Source: an uncultured Chloroflexia bacterium | Lineage (GTDB): Bacteria > Chloroflexota > Chloroflexia > QHBQ01 > JADMIH01 | Direction: 5' to 3' | Length of the DNA: 64,000 bases | Assembly: GCA_963797095.1 (NCBI GenBank) | Contig: CAWCNY010000001.1 | Location: forward strand, 448,001 to 512,000 | Shown here: positions 9,046 to 20,958 of the stretch, in pieces | Numbering within the stretch: position 1 is the stretch's first letter | How the letters are laid out: every line of letters begins with the position of its first letter | Notes under the pieces: generated by a model | What the model was told of the DNA's origin: nothing | The model's input: the letters and a program-made list of their open reading frames with translations, nothing else | Database searches by the model: none | Made by a program: the position numbers and the translations under genes

Positions 9046-10047
9046 ATGGGTGCCAGCAATGCCAGGACAAGAGCCACTAGGAGTACCGATGCTACGACTG
9101 CTACCACTACCAAGAACTCATCTACTCCTCTGGCGCCCTCTGTAGCCCTGGTCACCTATCTGGAGTGGCTCAACAAGCAGCCTCTGGCCGGTAACACCCG
9201 GCGCACTTACCGTGTTCGTGTAACCCAGTACTGCGACTTCCTGGCGAGCTACCCCACTCGCTATGGTGACTATGGTGACCCCCTGCGGGAACGGTCCGCC
9301 CGCGACTACGCCGTCCGTGACTACAAAGCACATCTGCAAACTGTTCGCCATGCCAAACCCAGCTCAGTCAATCTCACCCTGGCAGCCCTGGATCACTTCT
9401 ACCGCTTCCTGAGCCTTGGCCCTCCCCGTGTTGATCGAGAGGACCTGCCTCAGCAGGCTCCGAAGGCGTTAGAACAAGACGAGCAAGTGCGCTTCTTGCG
9501 TGCAGTGGAGCGCAGCGCCTCGGTACGTGATCGAGCCATTGCTCTGTTGCTATTTTACACCGGTCTACGAATCGGTGAAGTTGCCGCCCTTGATGTCGAC
9601 GATGCCCCCGTGTCTGCCCGCAAAGGCAAGGTCATCGTCCGGTTGGGGAAAGGCCAGACCTACCGTGAAGTGCCACTGAACGTCGAAGTTCGCAATGCTC
9701 TCACCGCATGGGTGGAGGATCGAAGCAAGGACTTTCCTCAACATGGTTATGGTCAATACGATACCAAGGTCGGTAATGATGCTTTGTTCTTGAATCGCTC
9801 AGGTGGTAGGCTCTCATCCCGCGCCATTGACTCGCTGCTGCGTCGTCTAGCCACCGAAGCTGGATTGAGCCTGTCCGCCCATACCTTACGCCACACCTGC
9901 CTTACCAACCTTGTGCGGCAGGGTACGGACCTGGTGCTGGTGGCGGAACTTGCCGGACACAAACGCCTTGAGACCACTCGTCGCTACAGCCTGCCGAGCG
10001 CAAGCGAGCGGGAAGCTGCTATGGAAAAGCTGAAGGTACGCTACTAA
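9046..10047 (+). CDS. Tyrosine recombinase (TnpI/XerC-like resolvase of the Tn3 element)
   Basis: TGLRIGE, GKG, HTLRH, LAGH, TTRRY catalytic motifs; upstream of tnpA inside the IRs. Confidence 0.92.
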   Translation: MGASNARTRATRSTDATTATTTKNSSTPLAPSVALVTYLEWLNKQPLAGNTRRTYRVRVTQYCDFLASYPTRYGDYGDPLRERSARDYAVRDYKAHLQTVRHAKPSSVNLTLAALDHFYRFLSLGPPRVDREDLPQQAPKALEQDEQVRFLRAVERSASVRDRAIALLLFYTGLRIGEVAALDVDDAPVSARKGKVIVRLGKGQTYREVPLNVEVRNALTAWVEDRSKDFPQHGYGQYDTKVGNDALFLNRSGGRLSSRAIDSLLRRLATEAGLSLSAHTLRHTCLTNLVRQGTDLVLVAELAGHKRLETTRRYSLPSASEREAAMEKLKVRY

Positions 10048-10197
10048 GGCCACTAGCGCCACTAGCGCCACTAGCGCTACAAACGCCACTAAGACTGCTG
10101 AGCTTGAGCTACTAATGTCCTCCGGTTCGAACCAGGGGTTCAATTAACGTGCCGTTTATTAATTCATTCTTGAATACATAATTGAGGTGAGCCACTA

Positions 10198-13100
10198 ATG
10201 CCTGGCCAGTTTCTCACGGAGGCGGAGCGCGCTCGTTTGAACCGCTTTCCAGACGAGATTGCACCCGACGATCTGAATACATATTTCACACTTAGCCCAT
10301 CGGATCGCCAGTACATCCAGCTTCATCACCGGCCCGCGACTCAGCTGGGCGTCGCCCTTCAGCTCTGTGCCCTGCGCTACCTTGGCTTCTCTCCCGCCAA
10401 CTTGAAGGCGGCTCCCAAAGATGTGGTCCACTTCCTCTCCCAGCAACTTGCAGTGTCAGATGATACTCTGACCAGCTATGGGCAAAGAGCGCAAACTCGC
10501 ACCGAGCAGTGGCAACTGGTGCAGGAATACCTGGGTTACATGGGAGCAACGTCAGCAGACCTGGAGATGCTTACCACCTGGCTCATTGAGCGGGCACAAG
10601 AACACGATAAGCCTACTGTGCTCTTCCAATTGGCAGCCGAAAAGCTGCACACCGACAAGATCGTGCGGCCGGGAGTAACTGTCCTGGAACGGATAGTCGC
10701 TCGTGCTCGAGATCGAGCTTACAAGGAAACTCTACACAAACTTCAACCATTGTGCTGAGTGCGGAGCGTGGAGAGCGTGGAGAGCGTGGAGAGCGCGGAG
10801 AGCGACGAGCGTGGTTGGACAGCTTGCTGGTGCCCGATGAGAGTTTGGGCCGCACCCGCTTCGACTGGCTCAAGAGGCGAGCGAGAGGCAACACCCCTAA
10901 AGCTGTGCTGTCGGCTATCGCTCGCATTACCTATCTGCGAGAGCAAGGGGTCGACAACTGGGATTTGTCCGCTATAAACCTGAACCGGCGCAAGTTCCTG
11001 GCGCGGTTGGGCAGGAAAACCTCCAGTTGGGCGCTTGGACGGGCACCTGGGTACCGCCGTTATCCGATCCTGGTGGCCTTTCTGCAGCAGACGCTCGAGG
11101 AGTTGATAGATGAAATCCTCGATCTGTTCGACCGCTACCTGGCTGATGCCGATAGCACCGCTCGCCAGAAACTGGACGAGTTCCGACGCACCACGGCAAG
11201 GGCAGCCAATGAGAAAGTGGTCCTCTTTGAAGAAGTGGGCGAGATCGTGTTGAACCCGGAAATCGCAGATGGGCAGTTGCGCCGATCCATTCACGAGCAG
11301 ATCTCTCCCGAAAAGATGAGAGTGGCGGTGGAGGAATGCAAGCGCCTACGCCGACCGCTTGACGACAACTACTACGACTTCCTGGCCGACTGCTACCCTA
11401 CGCTGCGCCAGTTCACGCCTGCTCTTCTTTCTACTCTCACTTTCCGGTCTAATCGAGCAACCAGTGCCTTGCTTGAAGCCGTCGACTTCGTGCGACAGTT
11501 GAACGAGGAGCGTAAGCGCAAGGTATACACTACCGCTCCAATGGGGTTCGTGCCGTCTCGTTGGCACTCCTACCTCCGCCCAATCAGCCCCATCAGTAAA
11601 GTAACCAGTCGGGATACGAATAAGGATACAAAGAGATACCGCAACACGCACAAGATGAACAACAAAGGGGAGAAGGATCATGGAGAGATCTCCCGCCGTT
11701 ATTACGAGTTGTGCGTGTTGTGGGAGTTGAGGGTAGCGTTGCGAGCAGGCAATATCTGGGTGGAGGGCAGCCGCCGCTATGCCGACCCGGAGAGCTACCT
11801 TATGTCACAAGCGGAGTGGAAGACCAGGCGGGCTGAATTCTGCACGCTGATGGGTGCTCCTATTGACGGTGCCGAACGCCTGGGCGAGCATAAGCAGGCG
11901 CTGACTGAGCACATGAACGAACTTGGCGAGGTGTTGGACCGCGACGAGCATGAGGATGGGCACGGGCACGGCTATGGGTATGAACAAGTGAGGCTGGAAG
12001 ATGGGGAGTTGGTGATTTCGCCTTTGGAAGCTGAGGAGTTACCGGACAGCATGCATTTGTTGGAGGGTCAGGTAGCGGCACGTCTGCCGAGGCTGGAACT
12101 GGCTGACCTGGTGGTTGAGGTAGATGGCTGGACCCACTTTACTGACCATTTCACCCATGCGGCAGGGAGCGAACCCAGAACACAAACAAACCTGGGTCTG
12201 CATGACATGGAGCACATCACCGAGTTCTCGCCCAAGGAGTTGGCCTGGTGTTCGAATTGGTACTTGAGGGACGATACCCTTCGCCCGGCAATCGCCACGT
12301 TGGTGAACCACCAACACCGCCAACCTCTGAGCCAGCTGTGGGGTGGAGGCACACTCTCCTCCTCGGACGGTCAGCGCTTTCCAGTGGGAGTGCCCTCGCG
12401 TCACGCACGTCCCCTGCCTCGATACTTTGCCTACCGGGACGAAGGGGTGACGTTTTACACCTGGACGGGTGACCAATGGCCACAGTACGGTACGAAGGTG
12501 ACACCGGTGACAGCCCGTGATGCCGCTTATGTGCTGGATGAGATTCTCGGCAATGAGAGTGAGTTGGAGATTGCCGAGCATACTACAGATACTTCGGGCT
12601 ATACCGAAATGCTGTTTGCCGCGTTCGCGCTTCTGGGACTGCAATTCGCGCCACGCATCCGCGACCTCCAAGATCAGCGCCTCTACCGCCTGCCTGGGAT
12701 GGTAGTGAGTCCCGACGTAGCTCCCCTCTTCAAAGGCACGATCAACACGGGCTTAATCCTGGAGAACTGGGACGAAATGCTGAGGCTAGCGGGGTCTCTG
12801 AAACTGGGCTTGGTCACAGCCTCGCTGACGTTAGGGAAGTTGCAGACGGTGCCCCGCAAGAATGTATTGGCAAAGGCTCTGCAAGAATATGGGCGGCTCG
12901 TAAAGACGTTGTTCATCCTGCGCTACCTGAAAAGCCCTGAGTATCGCCATCAGATAGAGCGGCAACTGAACAAGGGAGAGTCTCTGCATGCACTGCGACG
13001 CTTTCTGTTCTTCGGCAATTTGGGTCGGTTGCGCAAGGGAGAGGAAGAAGAGCACACGACACAGGCGCAAGTGCTGACGCTGGTCACAAATACCGTGGTG

Positions 13101-13319
13101 GTGTGGAACACAGTGTATATGATGGCGGTACTTGATGAACTACGAGCGGGAGGCTATGAGGTACGGGACGAAGATGCGAAACACCTCTCGCCAGCACGCC
13201 ACGAGCACATCAACCCACATGGCAAGTATCACTTCGATTTGGAGCGGGAGTTGGGGCGGCAAGGATTGCGACCATTGCGCAAACCTTCATCAGTACCTAT
13301 GAAACGACAACCCAACTAA
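10198..13319 (+). pseudogene. tnpA: Tn3-family transposase, frameshifted near 10752
   Basis: ORF 10198-10758 (DUF4158-like N-terminus) continues in ORF 10752-13319 (SSSDGQRF, HTTDTSGY, QLNKGES); an extra TG at ccattgtgctg shifts the frame. Confidence 0.92.
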
Positions 13320-13358
13320 TCCAACCGTTGTTTTTTGTCCGGATGAGGTCGGATCCCC

Positions 13359-13385
13359 ATCCTCGCGTGCCGGTACCATTATTGA
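13359..13385 (+). pseudogene. yoeB: YoeB C-terminal fragment after the Tn3 insertion
   Basis: ATC CTC GCG TGC CGG TAC CAT TAT TGA = ILACRYHY*, which completes ...KIRILACRYHY once the element and one TSD copy are removed. Confidence 0.88.
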
Positions 13386-13570
13386 ACCGTCATTTATTGA
13401 ACCGTCATTGAACGACTTATCGTCGAACCCACATTGAGTGAGCCGGTCCCCAGGCTCCCCTGGGCTCTCGCTGCCGACCCAGGTCAGACTGGAAACCGCC
13501 CGATTACCCTTCACAGATACCCTGTCGGACCGTTTTAGTGCGTAACCTAAGTTTGGCTAACAGCAACCCC

Positions 13571-15097
13571 TTACCTGCCCAGTCTGCCCGTAAGCAGGTA
13601 ATAAGCATCATTCCACTGCACTTCCTTTTTGAAACCTGATAGCCGAGTATCTGCATCTATCAGGAGGAACTCCAGGCCTGCGATCTCGGCAAAATCCGCA
13701 AGGTGCTGCGACGTTAGCGAGAAGCTAAAGCCTGTGTGGTGGGCGCCGCCCGCCAGGATCCAGGCAGTGGTCGCGGTCTTGAAGTCGGGCCTGGGCAACC
13801 ATAGAGCTCGCGCCGTTGGCAGCTTGGGCATTGCCTCTTCTCGCTCCACCGCGTCTACCTCATTCACAATCATGCGGAAGCGGTTGCCCAAGTCAACGAT
13901 CGAGGTGGCCACTGCAGGCCCCGTCCGCGCGTCGAACACCACACGCACGGGGTCCGCCTTGCCGCCGATGGAGAGGGGGTGCACCTCAAGCCGGGGCCTG
14001 CTGCCGCTCACGGCTATAGTCTCGCACACTTCGAGCATGTGCGAGCCGAGTATCTTTGTGTCGCCCTTGCCGAAGTGATAGGTGTAGTCCTCCATGAAAG
14101 AGGTGCCACCTTCGAGCCCTGCGTCCATGACCTTCATGGCGCGCACCAGCGCCGCGGTCTTCCAGTCGCCCTCTGCTCCGTACCCGTAGCCGTCTGCCAT
14201 CAGTCGCTGCGCAGCCAGGCCTGGTAACTGGTCTATCCCGTGCAGATTCTCGAAGGTGGTGGTGAAGCCCTTGAAGTTGCCCTCCTCAAGGAAGCGTCGT
14301 ATACCCGCCTCCAACCGTGCTCCCGCCCGGAGGCGCTCATGTCTCTCGCCGTTCTTGCCAAGCTCTGCGGCCACGTCGTACTGGTCGTTGTACGCCTCTA
14401 CCAAGTTATCTATCTCCAGCTCGGGTACTGCCTCTACGTACTCGACCAGATCGCCCAAGCCGTAGCCGTTGACCGAATAGCCGAAGCGCAGTTGCGCCTC
14501 TACCTTATCTCCCTCAGTGACCGCCACCTCTCGCATGTTATCGCCGATGCGGGCGAAGCGAGCGCCCTGCGCATCGGCCCACGCGCATGCCGCTCTTGCC
14601 CACGTGCCAAGCTCCTTCTGCACGTCTTCGTCCTGCCAGTGGCCCACGACCACCTTGCGGTGCAGGCGAAGGCGCGAGCCGATGAAGCCGAACTCGCGGT
14701 CTCCATGGGCTGACTGGTTCAGGTTCATGAAGTCCATGTCGATGTCGGCCCACGGGATCTCGCGGTTGTACTGGGTGTCCAGGTGCGCCAGCGGCTTCTG
14801 CAGCAGCGACAATCCCGCGATCCACATCTTGGCGGGCGAGAAGGTGTGCATCCACGCCACTAATCCCACGCACTTCTCGGTGGAGTTGGCCTCGAGGCAC
14901 AAACGACGGATCTCGTCAGGGCCAGTTAGCACAGGTTTAACCACTACTCTCACCGGTATAGCTACCACCCTGTCCAGCGCATCGCCAATCTCCTTGGAGT
15001 GCTCAGCCACTTTCTCCAGCGTCTCGGGACCATAGAGGTGCTGGCTGCCTGTGATGAACCAGGCCTCGTATTGCTTCAGGTCAATTGCAGAAGGCAT
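13571..15097 (-). CDS. araA: L-arabinose isomerase
   Basis: [50 protein letters not shown]. Confidence 0.97.
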   Translation of the reverse strand: MPSAIDLKQYEAWFITGSQHLYGPETLEKVAEHSKEIGDALDRVVAIPVRVVVKPVLTGPDEIRRLCLEANSTEKCVGLVAWMHTFSPAKMWIAGLSLLQKPLAHLDTQYNREIPWADIDMDFMNLNQSAHGDREFGFIGSRLRLHRKVVVGHWQDEDVQKELGTWARAACAWADAQGARFARIGDNMREVAVTEGDKVEAQLRFGYSVNGYGLGDLVEYVEAVPELEIDNLVEAYNDQYDVAAELGKNGERHERLRAGARLEAGIRRFLEEGNFKGFTTTFENLHGIDQLPGLAAQRLMADGYGYGAEGDWKTAALVRAMKVMDAGLEGGTSFMEDYTYHFGKGDTKILGSHMLEVCETIAVSGSRPRLEVHPLSIGGKADPVRVVFDARTGPAVATSIVDLGNRFRMIVNEVDAVEREEAMPKLPTARALWLPRPDFKTATTAWILAGGAHHTGFSFSLTSQHLADFAEIAGLEFLLIDADTRLSGFKKEVQWNDAYYLLTGRLGR

Positions 15098-15153
15098 GCT
15101 CGTTTCTTCTCCTTTTGTCCTAGTGTCGTCGTGTCCTCATGCCGCCTACCCAC

Positions 15154-15795
15154 CTACTGGCCATAGACATTCTTATACCTATAGTGCAACTTGGCAACGT
15201 CCTCAGCCGGGATATTGTCAGGGGTGCCGAGTTGGAGGGCCAGCCAGACGGATGCGGCCACATCTTCAGTCATCACTGCGGCTTTGACCGCGGCATGGGC
15301 ATTCTTGCCAATCGTAAACACACCATGGTTCTTCAGTAGTACCGCTGGGGAGTTGCCTATGCTCTCGACCACCAGCTTACCGATTGACTCGTCACCGATC
15401 AGCGAGAAGCCGCCGCACGGTATCTCGCCGCCGAACTCATCGGCGATTGCCGTGAGCACCACAGGGATCGGCCTCCCTACTGCAGCGAAAGCAGTTGCGT
15501 AGCGGGAATGGGTATGTACCACGCCACCCACATCGGGGCGATGCCGGTAGATATATAGGTGGCTATAGGTATCGGAGGACGGCTTGAGGTCACCTTCAAC
15601 AATATTCCCCTCCAGGTCAAGCACCACCATATGCTCGGGACGCAGATGCTCGTAGCGTATGCCTGAAGGCTTTATAGCCACAAGCCCGGTTGCCGGGTCG
15701 CGGCAGCTGACGTTGCCCCCGGTCCAGGACACCAACTGGTTTTTCGGTAGCTCCAGGTGCAACTGGTAAAGTTCTTCTTTCAGTTCCTCTAGCAT
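15154..15795 (-). CDS. araD: L-ribulose-5-phosphate 4-epimerase
   Basis: WTGGNVS, IKPSG, KPSSDT, VVHTHS, LKNHG, YKNVYGQ. Confidence 0.93.
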   Translation of the reverse strand: MLEELKEELYQLHLELPKNQLVSWTGGNVSCRDPATGLVAIKPSGIRYEHLRPEHMVVLDLEGNIVEGDLKPSSDTYSHLYIYRHRPDVGGVVHTHSRYATAFAAVGRPIPVVLTAIADEFGGEIPCGGFSLIGDESIGKLVVESIGNSPAVLLKNHGVFTIGKNAHAAVKAAVMTEDVAASVWLALQLGTPDNIPAEDVAKLHYRYKNVYGQ

Positions 15796-15921
15796 AGTTT
15801 CTCCATTATTGTAGGACGGGTACCGCAGCTTTCAAGCTGTAACGTGATTTCGACTGCTAGCGACACCATGAATAGTGTAGTCCCCAAGTTATACCACGAG
15901 CGGTGTGGCACTAAATGCCTT

Positions 15922-17523
15922 CTACCTGAGGGTATCCACTGCGGCTCGTTCGATAACAAGTCCCTTCTTGTAGCGTTCCATGAACGCCGCAAAACCCTCG
16001 ACATCCCTCTGATCGGAAGCTATCGTCGTGCCGTGTTCCCCGGCAAAGACCTTGTTGTCGAGATAGGCTTCCAAGGGCTCATTCGTCGCCTTGCGGAGCA
16101 TATAGGCGGCAAGCAGTGCAATCCCCCAGGCGCCGCCCTCGCCTGCGGTCTCCATCACAGAAACGGGAACATTCATCGCTGCTGCCATGATCCTCTGCCC
16201 CACTTCCGCGGTTTTGAAGAAGCCGCCGTGACCGAGAACTTGCTCGAGTTGCACCTTTTCTTGTTCGAAGAGGATGTCCAATCCGATCTTCAAGGCGCCG
16301 AGTGCCGAGAACAGATGCACACGCATGAAGTTTGGTAGTGTGAAACGGCTTTGGGGCGTGCGAACGAATAGTGGGCGCCCTTCTTCAAGGTGGGTGATGT
16401 GCTCACCAGAAATATAATTATAAGCAAGGAGACCACCGCAATCTGCGTCGCCTGCCAGTGCCTCTTTATATAACACTTCAAACAGCTTGGCTTCACTCAT
16501 CTCCACACCAAGCGCACTGGCAAATTCCTCGAACAGATCGACCCATGCATTGAGATCGGACGTGCAGTTATTGCTATGCACCATGGCGACAGGCTTGCCT
16601 GTGGGCGTGGTCACCATGTCAATCTCGGGATATACTCTCGACAGAGCCTTCTCCAGAACGATCATGGCAAAGACTGATGTTCCTGCGGATACATTGCCGG
16701 TTCGCTCTGCAACGCTGTTCGTCGCGACCATGCCTGTGCCGGCGTCACCCTCAGGAGGACAGAGCGGGATACCCACCCGCAGTCGTCCGGTGGGGTCAAG
16801 CAACTTTGCGCCTTCTTCAGAGAGCACACCCGCGGCATCCCCGGCTACAAGCACCCTGGGCAGGATATCCTGGAGTTTCCACGGGAGCCCTTCCACTGCT
16901 AGATGTTCGTTGAACAGTTCTATCATGTGCTCATTGTAGTCGTTGGTCTGGCTATTTATGGGGAACATGCCTGATGCTTCGCCAACGCCCAATACCTTTT
17001 GCCCCGTCAGCTTCCAATGGACACAGCCTGCCAGCGTGGTCAGATAGTTGATGTCCTTGATATGAGGTTCGTTATTCAATACCGCCTGGTAGAGGTGTGC
17101 AATGCTCCAACGCTGGGGGATGTTAAATTGGAGGAGATCGGTGAGCTTCTCTGCTGCCTGGGCGGTGATTGTATTTCGCCATGTGCGAAACGGGGCGAGT
17201 AGATTCCCATTCTTATCGAATGCCATATAACCGTGCATCATTGCGCTGAAGCCGATGGCGCCAACAGTCTGGAGAGGGGTGTTATACCTCTCAAGCACTT
17301 CGTTGCTGAGCTTCCGAAAGCTGTGCTGCAGCCCTGTCCAAACATGGTCCAGGCTGTATGTCCAGATGCCGTCTTCGTACCGGTTCTCCCACTCATAGCT
17401 TCCTGATGCAATGGGTGCATGATCCTTGCCGATCAACACTGCCTTGATGCGCGTCGAACCGAACTCCACACCAAGAACGGTCTTTCCACTCTCAATTGCT
17501 TTCCCGGTAGCGTTTTGATCCAT
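15922..17523 (-). CDS. araB: FGGY-family sugar kinase, probable ribulokinase
   Basis: [34 protein letters not shown]; operonic with araD and araA. Confidence 0.8.
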   Translation of the reverse strand: MDQNATGKAIESGKTVLGVEFGSTRIKAVLIGKDHAPIASGSYEWENRYEDGIWTYSLDHVWTGLQHSFRKLSNEVLERYNTPLQTVGAIGFSAMMHGYMAFDKNGNLLAPFRTWRNTITAQAAEKLTDLLQFNIPQRWSIAHLYQAVLNNEPHIKDINYLTTLAGCVHWKLTGQKVLGVGEASGMFPINSQTNDYNEHMIELFNEHLAVEGLPWKLQDILPRVLVAGDAAGVLSEEGAKLLDPTGRLRVGIPLCPPEGDAGTGMVATNSVAERTGNVSAGTSVFAMIVLEKALSRVYPEIDMVTTPTGKPVAMVHSNNCTSDLNAWVDLFEEFASALGVEMSEAKLFEVLYKEALAGDADCGGLLAYNYISGEHITHLEEGRPLFVRTPQSRFTLPNFMRVHLFSALGALKIGLDILFEQEKVQLEQVLGHGGFFKTAEVGQRIMAAAMNVPVSVMETAGEGGAWGIALLAAYMLRKATNEPLEAYLDNKVFAGEHGTTIASDQRDVEGFAAFMERYKKGLVIERAAVDTLR

Positions 17524-17786
17524 GTTTCTGCATCCTATTTCTTGAAATCGTTAGTTCGCACGTATAGCACCTACCGCGCTGCACAAGCGTGAGCCTGTCT
17601 CGGGACGAAATGGGGAAGCAGGCGCTGGTAAAGGCTGTAAAATTCGTCGTCCCATATCTACCATATGTCAGACTTGCTGCTTTCAGTCTGATCAGTTATA
17701 TCACTCATGTGGTGGCACTCTCTGTTTGAGGGTAGCTTACCGCGTGGTCCGAAGAAGCGTCACTGTAATACTAGAAGAGTAGAGGC

Positions 17787-19790
17787 TTATTGAGGGGCCT
17801 CCAGCAGGAGCACATCACGAGCTGCTATAGTGGCCCTCCCGGCAGAAACTATGCTACCGTGCAGTAGGTCGACGTAAGTTCCAGGTAAGCTCACCTCACG
17901 GGGGGCAGGTGTATGATTGAGGACAAACAACAGCCTATGGCCATTCCCTTCCCGTGTGACCACCTCGACTCCTTGCGGTGCCGATTCGGCTGTAGCAAGA
18001 CCCGCCTCAGGCAGAAGCCAGCGCAGCAGCATCTCGCGGGCGGCAACATCAAGTGCCGCACCCACGTACATCGCCTTCCCATTACCGTATCGGTTTCTGG
18101 TGATGGCGGGCTGACCCGAGTAGAACTCCTGAGCGTACCGCGCAATAACCTCCGCCGTAGTGGGAGCAAGAATGTCAGCCCAGGCGTATGCGGCGCCACG
18201 AACCGCTCTTTCCAGCCCTGGAACGTGCCACTCGATATCGTTCGTCACGCCCGCAGGTAGGGAATCGTACTCGGCCACCTCTATACCGCACACCTCGGCC
18301 AGAAGGCCGGGTAGCCGCCGGTTCACGACAGCATTAGCTTCGTCTTTGACACCACTTCGGAAGAAGCAAACTAGGGTACCGCCGCCCCTCACATAAGATT
18401 GCAAGTTTGCCGCCACGTCGCTCGAGAGAACGTACAGCGGCAGCGCCACCACGAGCCTGTACGCGCTGAGGTCGTCGGTCGGAGAGATTACGTCGATACC
18501 TAAGTTGCTATCGTGGAAAGCGCGGTAAACGTCATGGAAATGCTTAGGGTAATCATAGCCCGGGTTATTGGCCTGCACCTGAAAGGCGAAACGTGAGTCG
18601 TATGAAAGGATCATGGCAACCTGAGCGTGAGGGCGCGTGCCGAGGAGGGTGTCGCCAACCTGCTTCAGCTCGGATCCCATGCGTGCCGCCTCCTCATAGC
18701 GCCGCCCGGGCGTGCCGGCGTGGTCCAGCAACCCGTGCCAGTATTGCTCGGTCCCGTGTCGTGCAGTTCTCCACCGGAAGAAGATAATGGCGTCGGCACC
18801 GTGCGCAATCTGCTGGTAGGCCCAGAGACGCAACTCGCCGGGGCGCGGCACAACGCTTACCAGGTCCCAACCGCCTGGCCCGGCTTGCTCCTCCATGACC
18901 CAGAAGTTCTTCTGCTTCAACCCCCTCATGGTCGTGGCAGCCAAGGCAGGAGCGCTCGGATCCACGTCGGCTTCGAGGCTCCATTGCGTGCGGGGGTAAT
19001 TGTCCCAGGAGACGAAGTCGAGATCCCTTGCCAGATCAAAGTAGTTGATCTGGTTGTAAATGAAGCCCATCAGATTGTGCGTGATGAACTGTGACGACGT
19101 GTGGCGGCGCAGGATGTCAATCTGCATCTTCTGGTAGTCGACGTAAGTGTCGGAGGTGAAACGACGGTAATCTAGAGCAAGCCCGGGGTTTGGAACCCCG
19201 CCCGACTTCAGAGGCACCGGGATCTGTGACCAGTCCGTATAAACATGGCTCCAGAAGATGGTGCCCCAGGCCGAGTTGAGCGTCTCCAGCGTGCGGTAGC
19301 GGTCTTGCAGCCACTGCTGAAAATGCGCCTGGCAAACCGGGCAATAACAGCGATCTCCGAACTCGTTGTCGATCTGCCAGCCAACAACGTTGGCGTTACC
19401 AGCGTAGTGTTCGGCCATTGCTGTAACGATTGCTCTGGAGTGCTCACGGTAGAGCGGGTGACTGGGGCAATACTCCCGGCGGTTACCGAAAGTGCGCCGC
19501 AACCCAGTCTCATCCACGAGAAAGAGCTCGGGGTGAGCTTGCATCAGCCATGGCGGAGGGGACGCCGTCGGGGTGCCGAGGATAACACGGATGCCTTGCT
19601 CGGCGAGAATATCCATCGCGCGGTCGAGCCAGGAGAAATCGAAGGTGCCTTCGCGCGGCTCAAGATAAGACCAGGCGAACTCCGCCAGCCGAGTGATGTT
19701 GAACCCTGCTTTGGCCATCAAATCCGCATCGATGGGCCAACGCTCTTCAGGCCAGTGCTCAGGATAGTAGTCGACTCCGTACGTGAACAT
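17787..19790 (-). CDS. GH42 beta-galactosidase
   Basis: GVDYYPEHW, AEFAWS, WQIDNE, WVMEEQ, trimerisation domain. Confidence 0.93.
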   Translation of the reverse strand: MFTYGVDYYPEHWPEERWPIDADLMAKAGFNITRLAEFAWSYLEPREGTFDFSWLDRAMDILAEQGIRVILGTPTASPPPWLMQAHPELFLVDETGLRRTFGNRREYCPSHPLYREHSRAIVTAMAEHYAGNANVVGWQIDNEFGDRCYCPVCQAHFQQWLQDRYRTLETLNSAWGTIFWSHVYTDWSQIPVPLKSGGVPNPGLALDYRRFTSDTYVDYQKMQIDILRRHTSSQFITHNLMGFIYNQINYFDLARDLDFVSWDNYPRTQWSLEADVDPSAPALAATTMRGLKQKNFWVMEEQAGPGGWDLVSVVPRPGELRLWAYQQIAHGADAIIFFRWRTARHGTEQYWHGLLDHAGTPGRRYEEAARMGSELKQVGDTLLGTRPHAQVAMILSYDSRFAFQVQANNPGYDYPKHFHDVYRAFHDSNLGIDVISPTDDLSAYRLVVALPLYVLSSDVAANLQSYVRGGGTLVCFFRSGVKDEANAVVNRRLPGLLAEVCGIEVAEYDSLPAGVTNDIEWHVPGLERAVRGAAYAWADILAPTTAEVIARYAQEFYSGQPAITRNRYGNGKAMYVGAALDVAAREMLLRWLLPEAGLATAESAPQGVEVVTREGNGHRLLFVLNHTPAPREVSLPGTYVDLLHGSIVSAGRATIAARDVLLLEAPQ

Positions 19791-19799
19791 GGACTTCCC

Positions 19800-20909
19800 C
19801 TAATTAGTGGGTGCTTGACGGCCCGTGTCAACATTCACGGGGTTGTGCTCTAGGGTGATAACCCGGGAACTGCTTGATCGGATTACGAGTTCAGGCTCGA
19901 GGCTGTAAGGCTCGGCAGGCGTCAAGCTGCCTGTCCTATGCCTTGCATCGACGAGACCGTTCAGCACGCGAACGGCAGATCGGCCTATCTCCTCAGAAGG
20001 CTGTCGCACAGTTGTGAGGGGTGGGATGAAATATGACGCCTCAGGAATGTCATCGAAGCCCACGATTGCCAAGTCATCTGGAACTCGAAGACCTGAGATC
20101 CAGGCACCATGCAACACGCCTTGTGCCATCTGGTCATTCGACGCGAAGAGGGCATCCATCTCCGGAAATCTCTCGCAAAGTTTGATGAAGGCCTGCTCGC
20201 CACTGGCCGCGCCCCAATCTCCCTCGAAAATCTGGCGATCGTCATATTGGATACCTGCGGTGGATAGAGCGTCCTCCCAGCCTAGCTTTCGCTCTCGTGC
20301 CTCCCACCAGTCCAGCGGCCCCGTAATGAGGCCGATTTGTCTATACCCTTGCTCCACCAAGTGCTCGGTCGCGAGGCGCCCACCTGCTCGGTTGTCAAGA
20401 GCCACCACGGACAACTCGGATCGTGGCTGCATGGTGAGGAAGACGATAGGCACGGCGATCTGGGGCACTTGATGCTGGACCCAACTGCGGTTGTTGCCGA
20501 TCTCCGGAACGGCCCATACGATGCCCTCCACCTGCCGTGACAGCAGGTTGGTAAGAATGGGGTCTATTTCTTCTGTACTTGGCTCGTGAACGATGCTCAG
20601 TAGTACGGAGTAGCCCAACGCGTTCGCCTGACGTTCAATGCCAACCACGGTCCGCGAGGGGCCGTAGAACTCGGGCGCGGTTCCAACTACGCCTAGAGTT
20701 TGGCTGCGACGGGAGACCAGCCCACGGGCAATTGCGTTGGGGCGGTAATCCAGCCGCGCGATGACCTCCAGCACGCGGTCGCGCGTTTCTTCCGAAACAT
20801 CGGGGCGGTCATTGATGACTCTTGATACAGTCTGAATAGAGACCTGCGCCTCTTTGGCCACTTGCTTGATGGTTGTGTGGCTATTCAACCTGTGACGGGC
20901 GATTCTCAA
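19800..20909 (-). CDS. LacI-family transcriptional regulator
   Basis: TIKQVAKEAQVSIQTVSRVIN HTH, YRPNAIARGL, VGFDD, PPLTTV. Confidence 0.95.
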   Translation of the reverse strand: MRIARHRLNSHTTIKQVAKEAQVSIQTVSRVINDRPDVSEETRDRVLEVIARLDYRPNAIARGLVSRRSQTLGVVGTAPEFYGPSRTVVGIERQANALGYSVLLSIVHEPSTEEIDPILTNLLSRQVEGIVWAVPEIGNNRSWVQHQVPQIAVPIVFLTMQPRSELSVVALDNRAGGRLATEHLVEQGYRQIGLITGPLDWWEARERKLGWEDALSTAGIQYDDRQIFEGDWGAASGEQAFIKLCERFPEMDALFASNDQMAQGVLHGAWISGLRVPDDLAIVGFDDIPEASYFIPPLTTVRQPSEEIGRSAVRVLNGLVDARHRTGSLTPAEPYSLEPELVIRSSSSRVITLEHNPVNVDTGRQAPTN

Positions 20910-20958
20910 GCCTTACGCTCCTTCTCAGGATCTGCACCCTCCAGCAGCTTTGAAAGAC

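Larger units (their letters stand above)
3271..13358 (+). mobile_element. Complete Tn3-family transposon with tyrosine-recombinase resolvase and cargo
   Basis: 35-bp perfect IRs GGGGATCCGACCTCATCCGGACAAAAAACAACGGT at 3271-3305 and 13324-13358; 5-bp TSD ATCCT at 3266-3270 and 13359-13363; tnpA ends next to the right IR. Confidence 0.95.

Noticed and set aside
13531-13570. GGGG-starting sequence abutting the araA stop (and GGGG at 8998) as Tn3 ends
   Set aside because: They do not match each other well; the true IRs with TSD are at 3271 and 13358. 13531-13570 could be another element's end, but I found no partner.
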